A DNA stretch of 64,000 nucleotides from Gammaproteobacteria bacterium (lineage in GTDB: Bacteria; Pseudomonadota; Gammaproteobacteria; Pseudomonadales; Azotimanducaceae), in contig JAJFJZ010000019.1 in assembly GCA_021773565.1 (NCBI GenBank), positions 59,333 through 123,332 of the forward strand. The letters run 5' to 3'. The notes under the pieces were generated by a model, which made no database searches, had not been told where the DNA came from, and saw only the letters and a list, made by a program, of their open reading frames with translations. Positions 11,075-20,340 of the stretch are shown piece after piece. Every line of letters begins with the position of its first letter. Within the stretch, counting starts at the first letter, position 1. Made by a program: the position numbers and the translations under genes.

Positions 11075-11103
11075 AAAAAAAGGCGTAGATTCTACGCCTT
11101 TTT
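11075..11103 (-). terminator. Rho-independent (bidirectional-looking) terminator downstream of hupB
   Basis: AGGCGTAGA / TCTACGCCT perfect 9-bp complementary arms (11081-11089 and 11091-11099), flanked by an A7 run on one side and a T5 run on the other. On the minus strand the hairpin is followed by UUUUUUU. Confidence 0.8.
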
Positions 11104-11262
11104 CAAAGGTCACGCTATCGATACTGACAGATGGCAATTGATCGTTACCCCATTGGGGAAACCAGCAATAGTCTACCCCACAAATCGAACAAGCTGTCAG
11201 CTACGCTAAGGGCCTTACCACCCCAAAAGCAGAAGGGAAAAGGAAACCCAATTATTGTATAT

Positions 11263-11535
11263 CTAGTTCAGTGAGCCTTTAAGTGCCTTACCCGCCTTGA
11301 ATGAAGGAACTCTCGCTGCTTTAATCTGAATCGGCGCTCCCGTTTGAGGATTGCGGCCCATGCGCGCAGCACGGTCCTTAACCTGAAATGTTCCAAACCC
11401 TACCAGTACAACCGATTCAGATTTTTTAAGTGAGTTGGTGATCGCTTCAAGTGTTGCATCTAACGCTCGACCGGCAGCGGCTTTCGAAAGATCTGCAGAT
11501 TCAGAGATTTGATCAATCAGTTCAGTTTTATTCAC
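11263..11535 (-). CDS. hupB: DNA-binding protein HU-beta
   Basis: 90 aa: [10 protein letters not shown]...[26 protein letters not shown]. It is a canonical HU. GTG start with a GAGGGA RBS. Confidence 0.95.
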   Translation of the reverse strand: MNKTELIDQISESADLSKAAAGRALDATLEAITNSLKKSESVVLVGFGTFQVKDRAARMGRNPQTGAPIQIKAARVPSFKAGKALKGSLN

Positions 11536-11598
11536 ATTAAGTCCCTCAAAGAGAAAAGTTTATTTAGGTATTAGTTCTGGGCGAACCAAAGTGCACTA

Positions 11599-11626
11599 TT
11601 TATACCTTGTTGGAAACTCGTGTCAA
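11599..11626 (-). promoter_or_regulatory. putative sigma70 promoter of hupB
   Basis: The minus strand reads TTGACA-16 nt-TATAAA, about 60 nt upstream of the hupB start and 9 nt after the lon stop. Confidence 0.5.
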
Positions 11627-11634
11627 GAAATCTC

Positions 11635-14067
11635 TCAGTGTGGACTTACAATACCCTGTTCCTCAGGTGGGATATCCGCACTTTCACTCTGTACCACTTC
11701 TTCAGGATTTGCGATTTTTCCGAGCGGAATGGGCTTACTCTCCAGAGCTATTTCCAGTACGTCGTCCATCCACTCCACCGGTCGGATGTCAAGTTTCTCT
11801 TTAATATTGTCTGGTATCTCCTTAAGATCACGAGCATTTTCATGGGGAATAATAACTGTTTGTACGCCCCCGCGTCTGGCCGCCAGCAACTTCTCCTTCA
11901 AACCACCAATCGGCAATACCTGACCCCGTAGCGTAATTTCACCAGTCATGGCAAGATTTGCTTTCACCGGAATTCCAGTTAACACAGAAACCATCACCGT
12001 ACACATTCCTATTCCTGCGCTGGGTCCGTCCTTGGGAGTTGCACCTTCCGGCACGTGAATGTGGATGTCACGGTTTTTGTAGAAATCCTCAGATAATCCA
12101 AGAGTGGCCGCACGGCTTCGCACAAAGGTAAGCGCAGCCTGAATAGACTCCTGCATTACATCACCCAGAGAACCGGTACTCGTCTGCCGTCCCTTTCCAG
12201 GCATGGAAACCGCTTCAATGTTTAATAGTTCACCACCTACCTGGGTCCACGCCAGACCGGTAACCAGGCCTATCTGATTTTTATTTTCCGCCAAGCCATA
12301 GGTATATCGTTGGACACCATTATAATGCTGTAACAGTTCCGGAGTAATTTGAGTGATAGCTGGCATCTGCTGAAGTGAACTTTCCTTCACAAGCTTTCTA
12401 CATAACTTCGCCAGCTCCCTTTCCAGTCCCCGTACGCCAGCTTCTTTCGTGTAGTAACGGATCATTTGTAACAGACTGTCATCGCTTATTTCCAATTCGC
12501 TCGACTCAAGACCGTTCAATTTGGTTTGTTTTGGCAACAGATAACGTTTGGCGATATTCATTTTTTCGTCTTCGGTATAACCGGGCAGGCGAATAACTTC
12601 CATTCTGTCGAGCAAGGGTGCCGGGATGTTCATCGAATTGGATGTGCACACAAAAAATACATCCGAAAGATCGTAATCCACTTCCATGAAATGATCATTG
12701 AACGTCGAATTTTGTTCGGGATCCAGTACTTCCAACAGTGCTGAAGCAGGATCACCGCGCATATCCATTCCCATTTTGTCTATTTCATCGAGCAAAAACA
12801 GCGGGTTTTTTGTACCAGCTTTCGATATTTTCTGTAAAATTTTGCCCGGCATCGCACCAATGTAGGTTCTTCTGTGACCTCGAATTTCAGCCTCATCCCT
12901 AACTCCACCGAGTGCCATGCGAACAAATTTTCTATTGGTAGCACGGGCAAGGGATTCACCCAGGGAAGTTTTACCCACGCCGGGGGGGCCTACCAGACAA
13001 AGTACCGGCCCCTTAACCTTTTGGACCCGGTTCTGGACTGCAAGATACTCGACAATTCGGTCTTTAACCTCTTCCAGACCGTAATGGTCCGCATCCAGTA
13101 TCTTTTGTGCTTCTGATAAATCTTTTCGTAAACGACTACGTTTTTTCCAGGGGATACCGACCATCCAGTCAAGGTAACCCCGCACCACTGTCGCTTCTGC
13201 AGACATCGGCGACATGGATTTAAGCTTCCTGAGTTCACTGTCGGCTTTTTCTTTAGCCTCTCTGGACATTCCTGCTTCTTCAATTTTTGATGCGAGACTA
13301 TCCAGTTCACTTGGCGTTTCTTCCATATCACCCAGTTCAGTTTGAATCGCCTTCATCTGCTCGTTGAGGTAATACTCTCGCTGGCTTTTTTCCATTTGTT
13401 TTTTAACGCGACCGCGAATGCGTTTTTCCATCTTGTGAACGTCCGCCTCTGCTTCCATCAGAATCATCAGCTTTTCCATGCGCAGTTCTATATCAGACGC
13501 TTCAAGAATCTCCTGTCGATCTTCTATCTTTAAGGACATCTGGGTTGCAATGGTGTCAATCAAACGCCCAGGGTCGTCGATGCTTGCCAGAGATGACAAA
13601 ACTTCCTGGGGGACTTTTTTGCTGGATTCAACATACTGTTCAAACTGGTTCATTATGGAGCGAATTAATACTTCATCCGATTCTTCAGAAGCGACATCGA
13701 GTAAAAGTGGTTCCACACGTGCAAGCATATGGGAATGGCTTTCCGATGCATCATAAAGGGAAAGAATTTTTACCCTTGTTTCACCTTCAATGAGCACCTT
13801 AACGGTATCATCAGGCAGCTTCAGCAATTGTAAAACCGTAGAAACAGTACCCACCTCAAAAAGGTCTGAATCATCGGGGTTTTCAATGTCAGCATCACGT
13901 TTGGCAACGAGCAGAATTTGCTTATCTGAAGCCATTGCAGCTTCAAGCGCTTTAATAGAGCTGTCAGTACCTACAAAAAGCGGGTGCACGCCATGTGGAT
14001 ACACCACCATGTCTCGCAATGGAAGTACGGGTATATCACTTAGTTTTTCAAGCTTTTGTTCACTCAT
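11635..14067 (-). CDS. lon: ATP-dependent protease Lon
   Basis: 810 aa. Lon N domain, AAA+ Walker [10 protein letters not shown], and protease domain with PKDGPSAG (catalytic Ser). Confidence 0.97.
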   Translation of the reverse strand: MSEQKLEKLSDIPVLPLRDMVVYPHGVHPLFVGTDSSIKALEAAMASDKQILLVAKRDADIENPDDSDLFEVGTVSTVLQLLKLPDDTVKVLIEGETRVKILSLYDASESHSHMLARVEPLLLDVASEESDEVLIRSIMNQFEQYVESSKKVPQEVLSSLASIDDPGRLIDTIATQMSLKIEDRQEILEASDIELRMEKLMILMEAEADVHKMEKRIRGRVKKQMEKSQREYYLNEQMKAIQTELGDMEETPSELDSLASKIEEAGMSREAKEKADSELRKLKSMSPMSAEATVVRGYLDWMVGIPWKKRSRLRKDLSEAQKILDADHYGLEEVKDRIVEYLAVQNRVQKVKGPVLCLVGPPGVGKTSLGESLARATNRKFVRMALGGVRDEAEIRGHRRTYIGAMPGKILQKISKAGTKNPLFLLDEIDKMGMDMRGDPASALLEVLDPEQNSTFNDHFMEVDYDLSDVFFVCTSNSMNIPAPLLDRMEVIRLPGYTEDEKMNIAKRYLLPKQTKLNGLESSELEISDDSLLQMIRYYTKEAGVRGLERELAKLCRKLVKESSLQQMPAITQITPELLQHYNGVQRYTYGLAENKNQIGLVTGLAWTQVGGELLNIEAVSMPGKGRQTSTGSLGDVMQESIQAALTFVRSRAATLGLSEDFYKNRDIHIHVPEGATPKDGPSAGIGMCTVMVSVLTGIPVKANLAMTGEITLRGQVLPIGGLKEKLLAARRGGVQTVIIPHENARDLKEIPDNIKEKLDIRPVEWMDDVLEIALESKPIPLGKIANPEEVVQSESADIPPEEQGIVSPH

Positions 14068-14197
14068 CTATTGTTCGGTCCTGACAGGAATAACGCCAAG
14101 CATACTTACATTTACTGCAGGGCACGTAGGTTCTTGTGCGTAAGATGTAAAAAAGTTCTTATATATTGCCAGATCAGGGCCGCAAAAGCCCTGTGGC

Positions 14198-15481
14198 TTA
14201 CTCTTCCGGTGCAGCCTTGGCGGGTTCAGGAGTCTCGTACATCAACATAGGCTCACTGTCGCCGTTGATCACGCTGGCATCGATCACCACTTTACTGACA
14301 TTTTCAGAAGATGGCAGATGATACATTGTCTCAAGTAACACAGCTTCAAGGATGGAGCGTAAACCCCTGGCGCCAGTTTTTCGCTCCATCGCCTTCTCGG
14401 CCACCGCACGCAATGCATCTTCCCTGAAATCCACTTCAACTGATTCCATTTCAAACAGCTTGGTATATTGTTTGGTGAGTGAATTTTTAGGCTGCGTAAG
14501 AATAGTTACAAGTGCCTCGATGTCGAGTTCTTCCAGGGTGGCAACGACCGGTAATCGGCCAACGAACTCAGGGATAAGGCCGTACTTAATCAAATCTTCA
14601 GGCTCTACCTTGCGAAGTGTCTCTCCTATACTCTTTTTATCTGACTCACCTTTAACAACAGCGCCAAATCCGATACCACTCTTCTCCGAGCGGTCCATTA
14701 TCACCCTGTCCAGGCCCGCAAAAGCCCCTCCACATATAAACAGGATATTGCTGGTATCGACCTGCAGAAACTCTTGTTGCGGATGCTTGCGACCGCCCTG
14801 TGGGGGTACGGACGCCACCGTACCTTCTATAAGCTTAAGCAAAGCCTGTTGAACGCCCTCACCTGACACATCACGGGTTATTGAAGGATTGTCAGATTTT
14901 CGGGAAATTTTATCAATTTCGTCAATATAAACGATTCCCACCTGGGCTCGCTCTACATCGTAATCACATTTTTGCAACAGTTTCTGGATAATGTTTTCTA
15001 CGTCCTCACCAACGTAGCCCGCTTCTGTCAGCGTTGTTGCGTCTGCAATCGTAAACGGTACATCAAGCAAACGCGCAAGTGTTTCTGCCAGATAAGTCTT
15101 GCCACTTCCAGTGGGGCCAATGAGAAGAATATTGGATTTGCTAAGCTCTACGTCACCTTTCTTTTTCTTATAATTCAAGCGTTTATAGTGGTTATATACA
15201 GCAACAGATAAGACTTTTTTGGCATGATCCTGGCCTATTACGTACTCATCCAGATTGGTTTTAATTTCCTCTGGAATACGCAGTTTTCCATTTTCAGGAC
15301 CATCGCCACTTTCCTGGACCTCTTCGCGAATGATGTCATTACATAACTCGACACATTCATCACAGATGAAAACCGAAGGTCCTGCGATCAACTTCCTGAC
15401 TTCATGTTGGCTTTTACCACAAAACGAGCAGTAAAGAAGCTTGCTCGTATCATCGCTCTGGCCGTTTTTATCGTCTGACAT
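14198..15481 (-). CDS. clpX: ATP-dependent Clp protease ATP-binding subunit ClpX
   Basis: Zinc-binding N-terminus CSFCGK...CDEC, Walker A GPTGSGKT, and an IGFG loop. Confidence 0.97.
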   Translation of the reverse strand: MSDDKNGQSDDTSKLLYCSFCGKSQHEVRKLIAGPSVFICDECVELCNDIIREEVQESGDGPENGKLRIPEEIKTNLDEYVIGQDHAKKVLSVAVYNHYKRLNYKKKKGDVELSKSNILLIGPTGSGKTYLAETLARLLDVPFTIADATTLTEAGYVGEDVENIIQKLLQKCDYDVERAQVGIVYIDEIDKISRKSDNPSITRDVSGEGVQQALLKLIEGTVASVPPQGGRKHPQQEFLQVDTSNILFICGGAFAGLDRVIMDRSEKSGIGFGAVVKGESDKKSIGETLRKVEPEDLIKYGLIPEFVGRLPVVATLEELDIEALVTILTQPKNSLTKQYTKLFEMESVEVDFREDALRAVAEKAMERKTGARGLRSILEAVLLETMYHLPSSENVSKVVIDASVINGDSEPMLMYETPEPAKAAPEE

Positions 15482-15591
15482 AAAAATACTCTGGCTGGAG
15501 TTCCATTAGCTTACCATGCTTGCAAACCGTCTATTTTTCAAGCCTTGACATATGCATAGCGCCAGGACGGAATGGCGCGCTATCTGCTAGT

Positions 15592-16242
15592 TTACCCTTT
15601 TACGGCTTTTGCGACACTATCCGGAGTTCCACCACGCGCACCCTGCACCGTATCAATCAAACCATATTCTACAGCTTCCTGGGGACTCATCCAGTAATCC
15701 CGGTTAGTATCCTCTGCGATACGATTCACACTTTGGCCAGTGTGTTCGGCCAGAACCGTGTTTAATCTGTCCCGCATCAGCAAAATTTCACGAGCCTGAA
15801 TCTGAATATCCAGCGCATTCCCCTGAGAGCCGCCAGAAGGCTGATGAATCATCATTCTGGAGTTTGGCAGGCAGTACCGTTTGCCAGGGGTCCCTGCAGC
15901 CAGTAGAAAAGCGCCCATACTCGCAGCCTGGCCCACACACATGGTACTTACGTCACAATTTATGAATTGCATCGTGTCATAGATGGACATACCCGATGTG
16001 ATTACGCCACCGGGCGAATTTATATAAAGATGAATATCCTTATCCGGATTTTCCGATTCCAGAAACAGCAATTGAGCCACTACGAGATTGGCCACCTGAT
16101 CTTCCACTGCGCCAACCAGAAAAATAATTCTCTCTTTCAGCAGGCGGGAATAAATGTCATAGGACCTTTCACCGCGTGCAGTTTGTTCGACAACCATTGG
16201 TATGAGGCCCAGATTTGTCATCGGCACCGGATCGTTCGACAT
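15592..16242 (-). CDS. clpP: ATP-dependent Clp protease proteolytic subunit ClpP
   Basis: [18 protein letters not shown] and [11 protein letters not shown] (catalytic Ser) motifs. An AGGAGA RBS is present. Confidence 0.97.
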   Translation of the reverse strand: MSNDPVPMTNLGLIPMVVEQTARGERSYDIYSRLLKERIIFLVGAVEDQVANLVVAQLLFLESENPDKDIHLYINSPGGVITSGMSIYDTMQFINCDVSTMCVGQAASMGAFLLAAGTPGKRYCLPNSRMMIHQPSGGSQGNALDIQIQAREILLMRDRLNTVLAEHTGQSVNRIAEDTNRDYWMSPQEAVEYGLIDTVQGARGGTPDSVAKAVKG

Positions 16243-16287
16243 TGTGTAATCTCCTGATTAACTGATATTGGAATTGCCACCTGGCTT

Positions 16288-17787
16288 TTAGCCAGCGGAA
16301 GGCTGGTCTTCCTTCTCTTCTTTTTTCTCTTTTTCTTTATTCGCTGAAGGCTCCGCTGAGGGCTCTTCCGTTTTAATCGCTGAAGGCTCCGCTGAGGGCT
16401 CTTCACTCGCTGAGGGCTCTTCCGTTTTATTCGCTGAAGGCTCTGCTGAAGGTTCTTGCGGAATTGCCTCACCCTTTATTATAGCGTCATAATTGCTGGG
16501 CACATCGCTTACTTTTGCAGCATCTACAATATACTCAATTACCTGATCTTCCAGCACCGCCATCTCGATTTGCGATAACTGTTCTTCATTATTGTAGTAC
16601 CAATTTACAACTTCTTCCGGCTGGGCGTACGATTTTGACAGCTCTTCGATCCTTTGCCTTACCTTGTCGCCATCGGTTTTCAGTTCCGCTGTTTCAACTA
16701 TGGCACTAACGATCAGGCCAATTTTTGCCCGCTTTCCGGCCTCTTCCTCAAACATTTCTGAAGGTAATTGCGGCAAATCCTCTTCTTTTTGTCCGTAGCT
16801 GACAAACTGTTGCAGCATTTCCTTTTTCAGGCTTTCCACTTCCCGATTCACCATCGCCTTTGGAATCTGAACTTCATGCAGACGCCCCAACTCCTCCAGG
16901 GCCTGTTTTTTAACCTGATTCTGAATGGCAGCATTCATTTCCCGTTGCATGTTTTCTTCTATTTCCCGACGCATATGCTGAAGCAGGTCTTCATCCGAGT
17001 CAGAATCCGCGGTAATTCCCAATCCAGTGAAAAATTCTTCATCAAGCTCGGGCAGCACAGCCTTGCAGACCTTGCTAACCTCAACATCAAAAATTGCTGT
17101 ATTGCCCCGAAGTTCCTCCGCCTGATAATCATCAGGAAAGGTCGATTCGAAATTGTGTGATTCTCCTGACTTGGCACCCATGAGAGCCTTGTCAAAATCG
17201 GCAATCATTTGTCCTTCTCCCAAAACAAAAGTGACACCTTCTCCGTTTCCGCCAGTAAACGCTTCCCCATCCAGGGTCCCCTTAAAGTCGATCGTGAGTT
17301 GATCACCTTTTTTGGATTTTCGATTTACGGGTTCCCAGGTTTTGCGTTGTTGCCTCAGGTTATCAATCATTGCGTCCACATTTCCTGACTCAATGCTGCC
17401 AAGAGGACGCTTAAGCTGCACTTCTCCCAGATCTCCCAGTTCAACAACGGGGTAAACCTCAAATGTCGCAGTAAACTCCAAATCGCCGCCCGCATCCATC
17501 TTCACAACATCCAGGTTTGGATTACCCGCGGGCATCATATTTTCCGTACGAATGGCTTCGTAAAAGCTGCTTTGCATCATATCGCCGGCTACTTCCTGGC
17601 GAATTGCTTTTCCATAGCGACGACGAATCTCACGCATGGGGATTTTTCCCTGCCTGAAGCCGGGCAGTTTCACTTTTTGGGAGGCGTCTTTTAACTTCTC
17701 TGCGATTTGATGCTCAAAGGATTCAGAATCAACAACAATTGTCATTCTTCTTTCCAGGCCGGTCATTGTTTCAATAGAAACGTGCAT
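16288..17787 (-). CDS. tig: trigger factor with a roughly 58-aa C-terminal acidic repeat extension
   Basis: N-terminal ribosome-binding signature GFRQGKIP, an FKBP-like middle domain, and a position upstream of clpP-clpX-lon. At 499 aa it is longer than the roughly 430-440 aa that is typical. Confidence 0.95.
   Translation of the reverse strand: MHVSIETMTGLERRMTIVVDSESFEHQIAEKLKDASQKVKLPGFRQGKIPMREIRRRYGKAIRQEVAGDMMQSSFYEAIRTENMMPAGNPNLDVVKMDAGGDLEFTATFEVYPVVELGDLGEVQLKRPLGSIESGNVDAMIDNLRQQRKTWEPVNRKSKKGDQLTIDFKGTLDGEAFTGGNGEGVTFVLGEGQMIADFDKALMGAKSGESHNFESTFPDDYQAEELRGNTAIFDVEVSKVCKAVLPELDEEFFTGLGITADSDSDEDLLQHMRREIEENMQREMNAAIQNQVKKQALEELGRLHEVQIPKAMVNREVESLKKEMLQQFVSYGQKEEDLPQLPSEMFEEEAGKRAKIGLIVSAIVETAELKTDGDKVRQRIEELSKSYAQPEEVVNWYYNNEEQLSQIEMAVLEDQVIEYIVDAAKVSDVPSNYDAIIKGEAIPQEPSAEPSANKTEEPSASEEPSAEPSAIKTEEPSAEPSANKEKEKKEEKEDQPSAG
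16341..16457 (-). repeat. in-frame tandem DNA repeat encoding the EPSAEPSA(N/I)KTE units of the trigger factor tail
   Basis: TCGCTGAAGGCTC(C/T)GCTGA(G/A)GG starts at 16341, 16377 and 16431, with a partial copy at 16407. The encoded peptide is EPSAEPSANKTEEPSASEEPSAEPSAIKTEEPSAEPSANKEKEKKEEKED. Confidence 0.85.
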
Positions 17788-17896
17788 TTTTAAGTGAATT
17801 CCTTTTTATGGTGCCTAAATAAAACTCGATGCTATCAAAGAGGGGCGCTTATTGTGCGTTTTTGCAGTGAGATCCTATCCTGTCAGTATTCAGATA

Positions 17897-17973
17897 TGGG
17901 GTGGACGATGGGGCTTGAACCCACGACCGCCGGAATCACAATCCGGAGCTCTACCAGCTGAGCTACGCCCACC
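17897..17973 (-). tRNA. tRNA-His (anticodon GTG)
   Basis: The reverse complement folds as a cloverleaf: extra 5' G(-1), GTGGGCG acceptor, anticodon arm CCGGA-TTGTGAT-TCCGG, T arm GTGGG-TTCAAGC-CCCAT, and an encoded CCA. Confidence 0.95.
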
Positions 17974-18034
17974 ATTAACCTGATCAAAAATGCTACCTGT
18001 ATCAAAACCCCTGCTATTTACACCCTAAGCAGTG

Positions 18035-18111
18035 TGGTACGCCCGACAGGACTTGAACCTGTAACCCTCGGCTTAGAAGGCCGATGCTCTATCCAGTTGA
18101 GCTACGGGCGC
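18035..18111 (-). tRNA. tRNA-Arg (anticodon TCT)
   Basis: The reverse complement is GCGCCCGTAGCTCAACTGGATAGAGC...TCGGC-CTTCTAA-GCCGA...GGTTCAAGTCC...CGGGCGTACCA. Confidence 0.95.
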
Positions 18112-18178
18112 ATCTGTCACAAACAAGCCACAAACCAGTACTGTCCCGGTTCCGCCAGTTATCTGCCGTTGCCGGATC

Positions 18179-18255
18179 TGGTCGGGGTAGAGAGATTCGA
18201 ACTCCCGACATCCTGCTCCCAAAGCAGGCGCGCTACCAGACTGCGCTATACCCCG
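18179..18255 (-). tRNA. tRNA-Pro (anticodon TGG)
   Basis: The reverse complement is CGGGGTATAGCGCAGTCTGGTAGCGC, with anticodon arm CCTGC-TTTGGGA-GCAGG, T loop TTCGAAT, and 3' end TACCCCGACCA. Confidence 0.95.
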
Positions 18256-18320
18256 ATGATCATCCAGAACCAATCGATGCGACTGGGTCATTCTGCTCGA
18301 CCCCGCACCGAAGCCGACGC

Positions 18321-18349
18321 ATGATACTCACGGTCCGAGAAAGCGTCAA
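18321..18349 (-). promoter_or_regulatory. putative sigma70 promoter of the tRNA Pro-Arg-His operon
   Basis: The minus strand reads TTGACG-17 nt-TATCAT followed by a GC-rich discriminator (GCGTCGGC), with an AT-rich UP-like region upstream. It lies about 60 nt before the tRNA-Pro 5' end. Confidence 0.5.
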
Positions 18350-18430
18350 ACGTGGAAGCGAATAAATCATCATTAGTTTGCGAAGTTTGCTATTTTCTCT
18401 GTGTAATCCGGATTTCGGGAGCAAAAAGCG

Positions 18431-19183
18431 TTGAGTTGGATATTCTTTTCAGATTTACATCTGGATTCTGACAATCAAATATTATTACAGGCTTTTGAGA
18501 ATCTTCTCAAAAGAGAAATGTACACGGCCGACAAGCTTAACGGCATCTATATATTGGGAGACCTCTGCGAAGTATGGGTTGGGGATGATGACGATTCTGA
18601 ATTGATATCCCGAATACGAACCGCCCTGCGGACAATATCTGTACAGGTACCTGTATATTTTTTACCCGGCAACAGGGATTTTCTGCTCGGCGAACAATTT
18701 GCCAGGTCCGCTGGAATGCAAATTCTTCAGGATCCATGCGTGATTGAACTGGCTGAGACTAAAATTTTACTGGCTCATGGAGATGCCTTTTGCACCGAAG
18801 ACTATGAATATCAGAATTTACGCAAAGTATTGCGCGGCGGGCCCTTCAGGGAACAGGTGCTTGCCCGGTCGCTGGCAGAACGAAGGCAAATGGCCGCTTC
18901 CCTGCGAGCAGAAAGCCGAACCAGAAATTCGAACAAACCAGACAACATAATGGATGTGAGCTTGCCTGATATTAACAAGGCATTTACAGAACACGGAGTA
19001 AAGCATTTTGTACACGGCCACACACACAGACCAGGCATTCACATCGATAATATTGGGGATCAAACCAGATTCCGCTACGTGCTGGGAGATTGGGGCTGGT
19101 GCGGCTGGTTGTTGCGTTTTACGGGTGAAACTTTCCAGATGGAGTGTTTTCCGGTTCGCATAGTACCTAGCGCTGGTTCCTGA
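18431..19183 (+). CDS. lpxH: UDP-2,3-diacylglucosamine diphosphatase LpxH
   Basis: Calcineurin-like metallophosphoesterase motifs in LpxH order (FFSDLHL, GDLCEVWVGDDD, GNRDFLLG, HGD, HGHTHRP). TTG start with a GGGAG RBS. Confidence 0.9.
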   Translation: MSWIFFSDLHLDSDNQILLQAFENLLKREMYTADKLNGIYILGDLCEVWVGDDDDSELISRIRTALRTISVQVPVYFLPGNRDFLLGEQFARSAGMQILQDPCVIELAETKILLAHGDAFCTEDYEYQNLRKVLRGGPFREQVLARSLAERRQMAASLRAESRTRNSNKPDNIMDVSLPDINKAFTEHGVKHFVHGHTHRPGIHIDNIGDQTRFRYVLGDWGWCGWLLRFTGETFQMECFPVRIVPSAGS

Positions 19184-19184
19184 T

Positions 19185-19796
19185 CTACGTCGGGTGCCCA
19201 CTTAAAAAGCGAAACTGGCTATCTGATTTCAGGATCAAATCTGCTTCCATATCCAGAAAGTACTCAATTCGCTCTGCCAGTTCATCCCTGTTATTACAAT
19301 AGAGTTTCGCCAATTCAAGATAATCCTGAAAATGCCGCCCTTCTGCTACAAGCAACTTCAGGTAAAAACCTGCCAGGGGTTCGCCAATGTTCTGACCAAG
19401 AATATGAAAGCGCTCACAGGACCGAGCTTCTACTATGGCGCCCACTATCAGGGAATCGACCAATCGAGCAGGTTCATGACTGCGTATACCCTTGTGCAGA
19501 CCTGAGGCATATCGGCCCGGGGAAACATGTTCATAACTGATATCCATAGTCTGCATCAGCGCCAGCACCTGCTCAAAATGCAACAATTCTTCTCGCGCAA
19601 GCTGTGACATTTTTTGTAACAATTCCTGCCGATCTATATAACGGTATAACAAACTCATTGCAGTGGATGCAGCTTTTTTTTCACAGTTGGCATGATCAAT
19701 CATCAAAACAGAAACATTATCCAACGCGGCACGAACCCATTCGCAAGGCGTTCGCACAGGCAAAAAAGCATGAATAGCAATTAGGGCTTCGTTCAT
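19185..19796 (-). CDS. miaE: tRNA-(ms2io6A37)-hydroxylase MiaE (ferritin-like di-iron monooxygenase)
   Basis: Colinear with Salmonella MiaE. Iron ligand motifs include DHANCEKKAA, REELLHFEQV, IVEARSCERF and LVAEGRHFQDY. The start is ambiguous: ATG 19796, ATG 19826, or TTG 19844, which overlaps the upstream stop. Confidence 0.85.
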   Translation of the reverse strand: MNEALIAIHAFLPVRTPCEWVRAALDNVSVLMIDHANCEKKAASTAMSLLYRYIDRQELLQKMSQLAREELLHFEQVLALMQTMDISYEHVSPGRYASGLHKGIRSHEPARLVDSLIVGAIVEARSCERFHILGQNIGEPLAGFYLKLLVAEGRHFQDYLELAKLYCNNRDELAERIEYFLDMEADLILKSDSQFRFLSGHPT

Positions 19797-19840
19797 CTTT
19801 AAGCTTTGTTCATTCTCTTTCGGCATTGATAATGAAACGT

Positions 19841-20338
19841 TCAATTAAAGATCGGAATCTTGAAATTTCGTTCGTAGTAGGCTTTTGAGCGCTTGTAAAA
19901 TTCCTCGTCTATCCAGCGACACAGTTCAGCAAAATTTTCATCGGGGTGAATCAGTCCAAATGCGCTGAGACCCAGCCCCAGAAATTCCAGCTTGTTTGCC
20001 AAAAAATATTCATCATTAAGCATCTGAGGATTTGAGCGCGCAAAAAAACGCAGCACCTGATAGGCCAGAGTCAAATCACTTGAAGGATTCCACACCGGAA
20101 TATGATTGCCTTCTATGGTGTGCGTGAGCACGTGAATATCATTAACCCTCACGCGCAGAGCGACACATTGATCTCTGAGTGACTCAAGCCGCTGCCAAAT
20201 ACTCAGCTTTTGTTGGTCTGTAAAAGTATTCCAGGCCACCACTTCATGTGAAAAGCGTTTACAGCCACGACAAACCAAATCACCATAGGTAGTGGAGCAC
20301 ACTCCGAGACAGGGAGTCTGCCGGGTTCGAATCTTCAT
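19841..20338 (-). CDS. DUF1289 (YdhL-like) four-cysteine protein with a roughly 110-aa C-terminal extension
   Basis: The N-terminus TPCLGVCSTTYGDLVCRGCKRFSHEVVAW matches the DUF1289 C-x-G-x-C...C-x-G-C-x-R-x3-E signature. The remaining residues have no motif I recognise. Confidence 0.7.
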   Translation of the reverse strand: MKIRTRQTPCLGVCSTTYGDLVCRGCKRFSHEVVAWNTFTDQQKLSIWQRLESLRDQCVALRVRVNDIHVLTHTIEGNHIPVWNPSSDLTLAYQVLRFFARSNPQMLNDEYFLANKLEFLGLGLSAFGLIHPDENFAELCRWIDEEFYKRSKAYYERNFKIPIFN

Positions 20339-20340
20339 AC

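Noticed and set aside
14068-14197. Heat-shock promoter or terminator in the clpX-lon spacer. A hairpin CAGGGC-N7-GCCCTG lies at 14175-14193.
   Set aside because: The hairpin is not followed by a U-tract. I could not find a convincing CTTGAA / CCCCATnT pair; the best candidate (CTTACG-N16-CCCTGCAGT) is too weak to call.
16341-16457. CRISPR-like periodic repeats.
   Set aside because: The only tandem repeats in the window are in-frame coding repeats (the tig tail and the htpG tail). There are no repeat-spacer arrays and no cas genes.
16218-16472. An 84-aa extremely basic ORF (SPQRSLQRLKRK repeats) spans the tig/clpP junction.
   Set aside because: It is an alternative reading frame of the trigger-factor tail DNA repeat. 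The periodicity comes from the repeat itself, and the ORF overlaps the clpP start region.
18034-18365. Three ORFs of 72-96 aa cover the tRNA cluster.
   Set aside because: They overlap three well-folded tRNA genes (Pro, Arg, His) and are artefacts of ORF calling.
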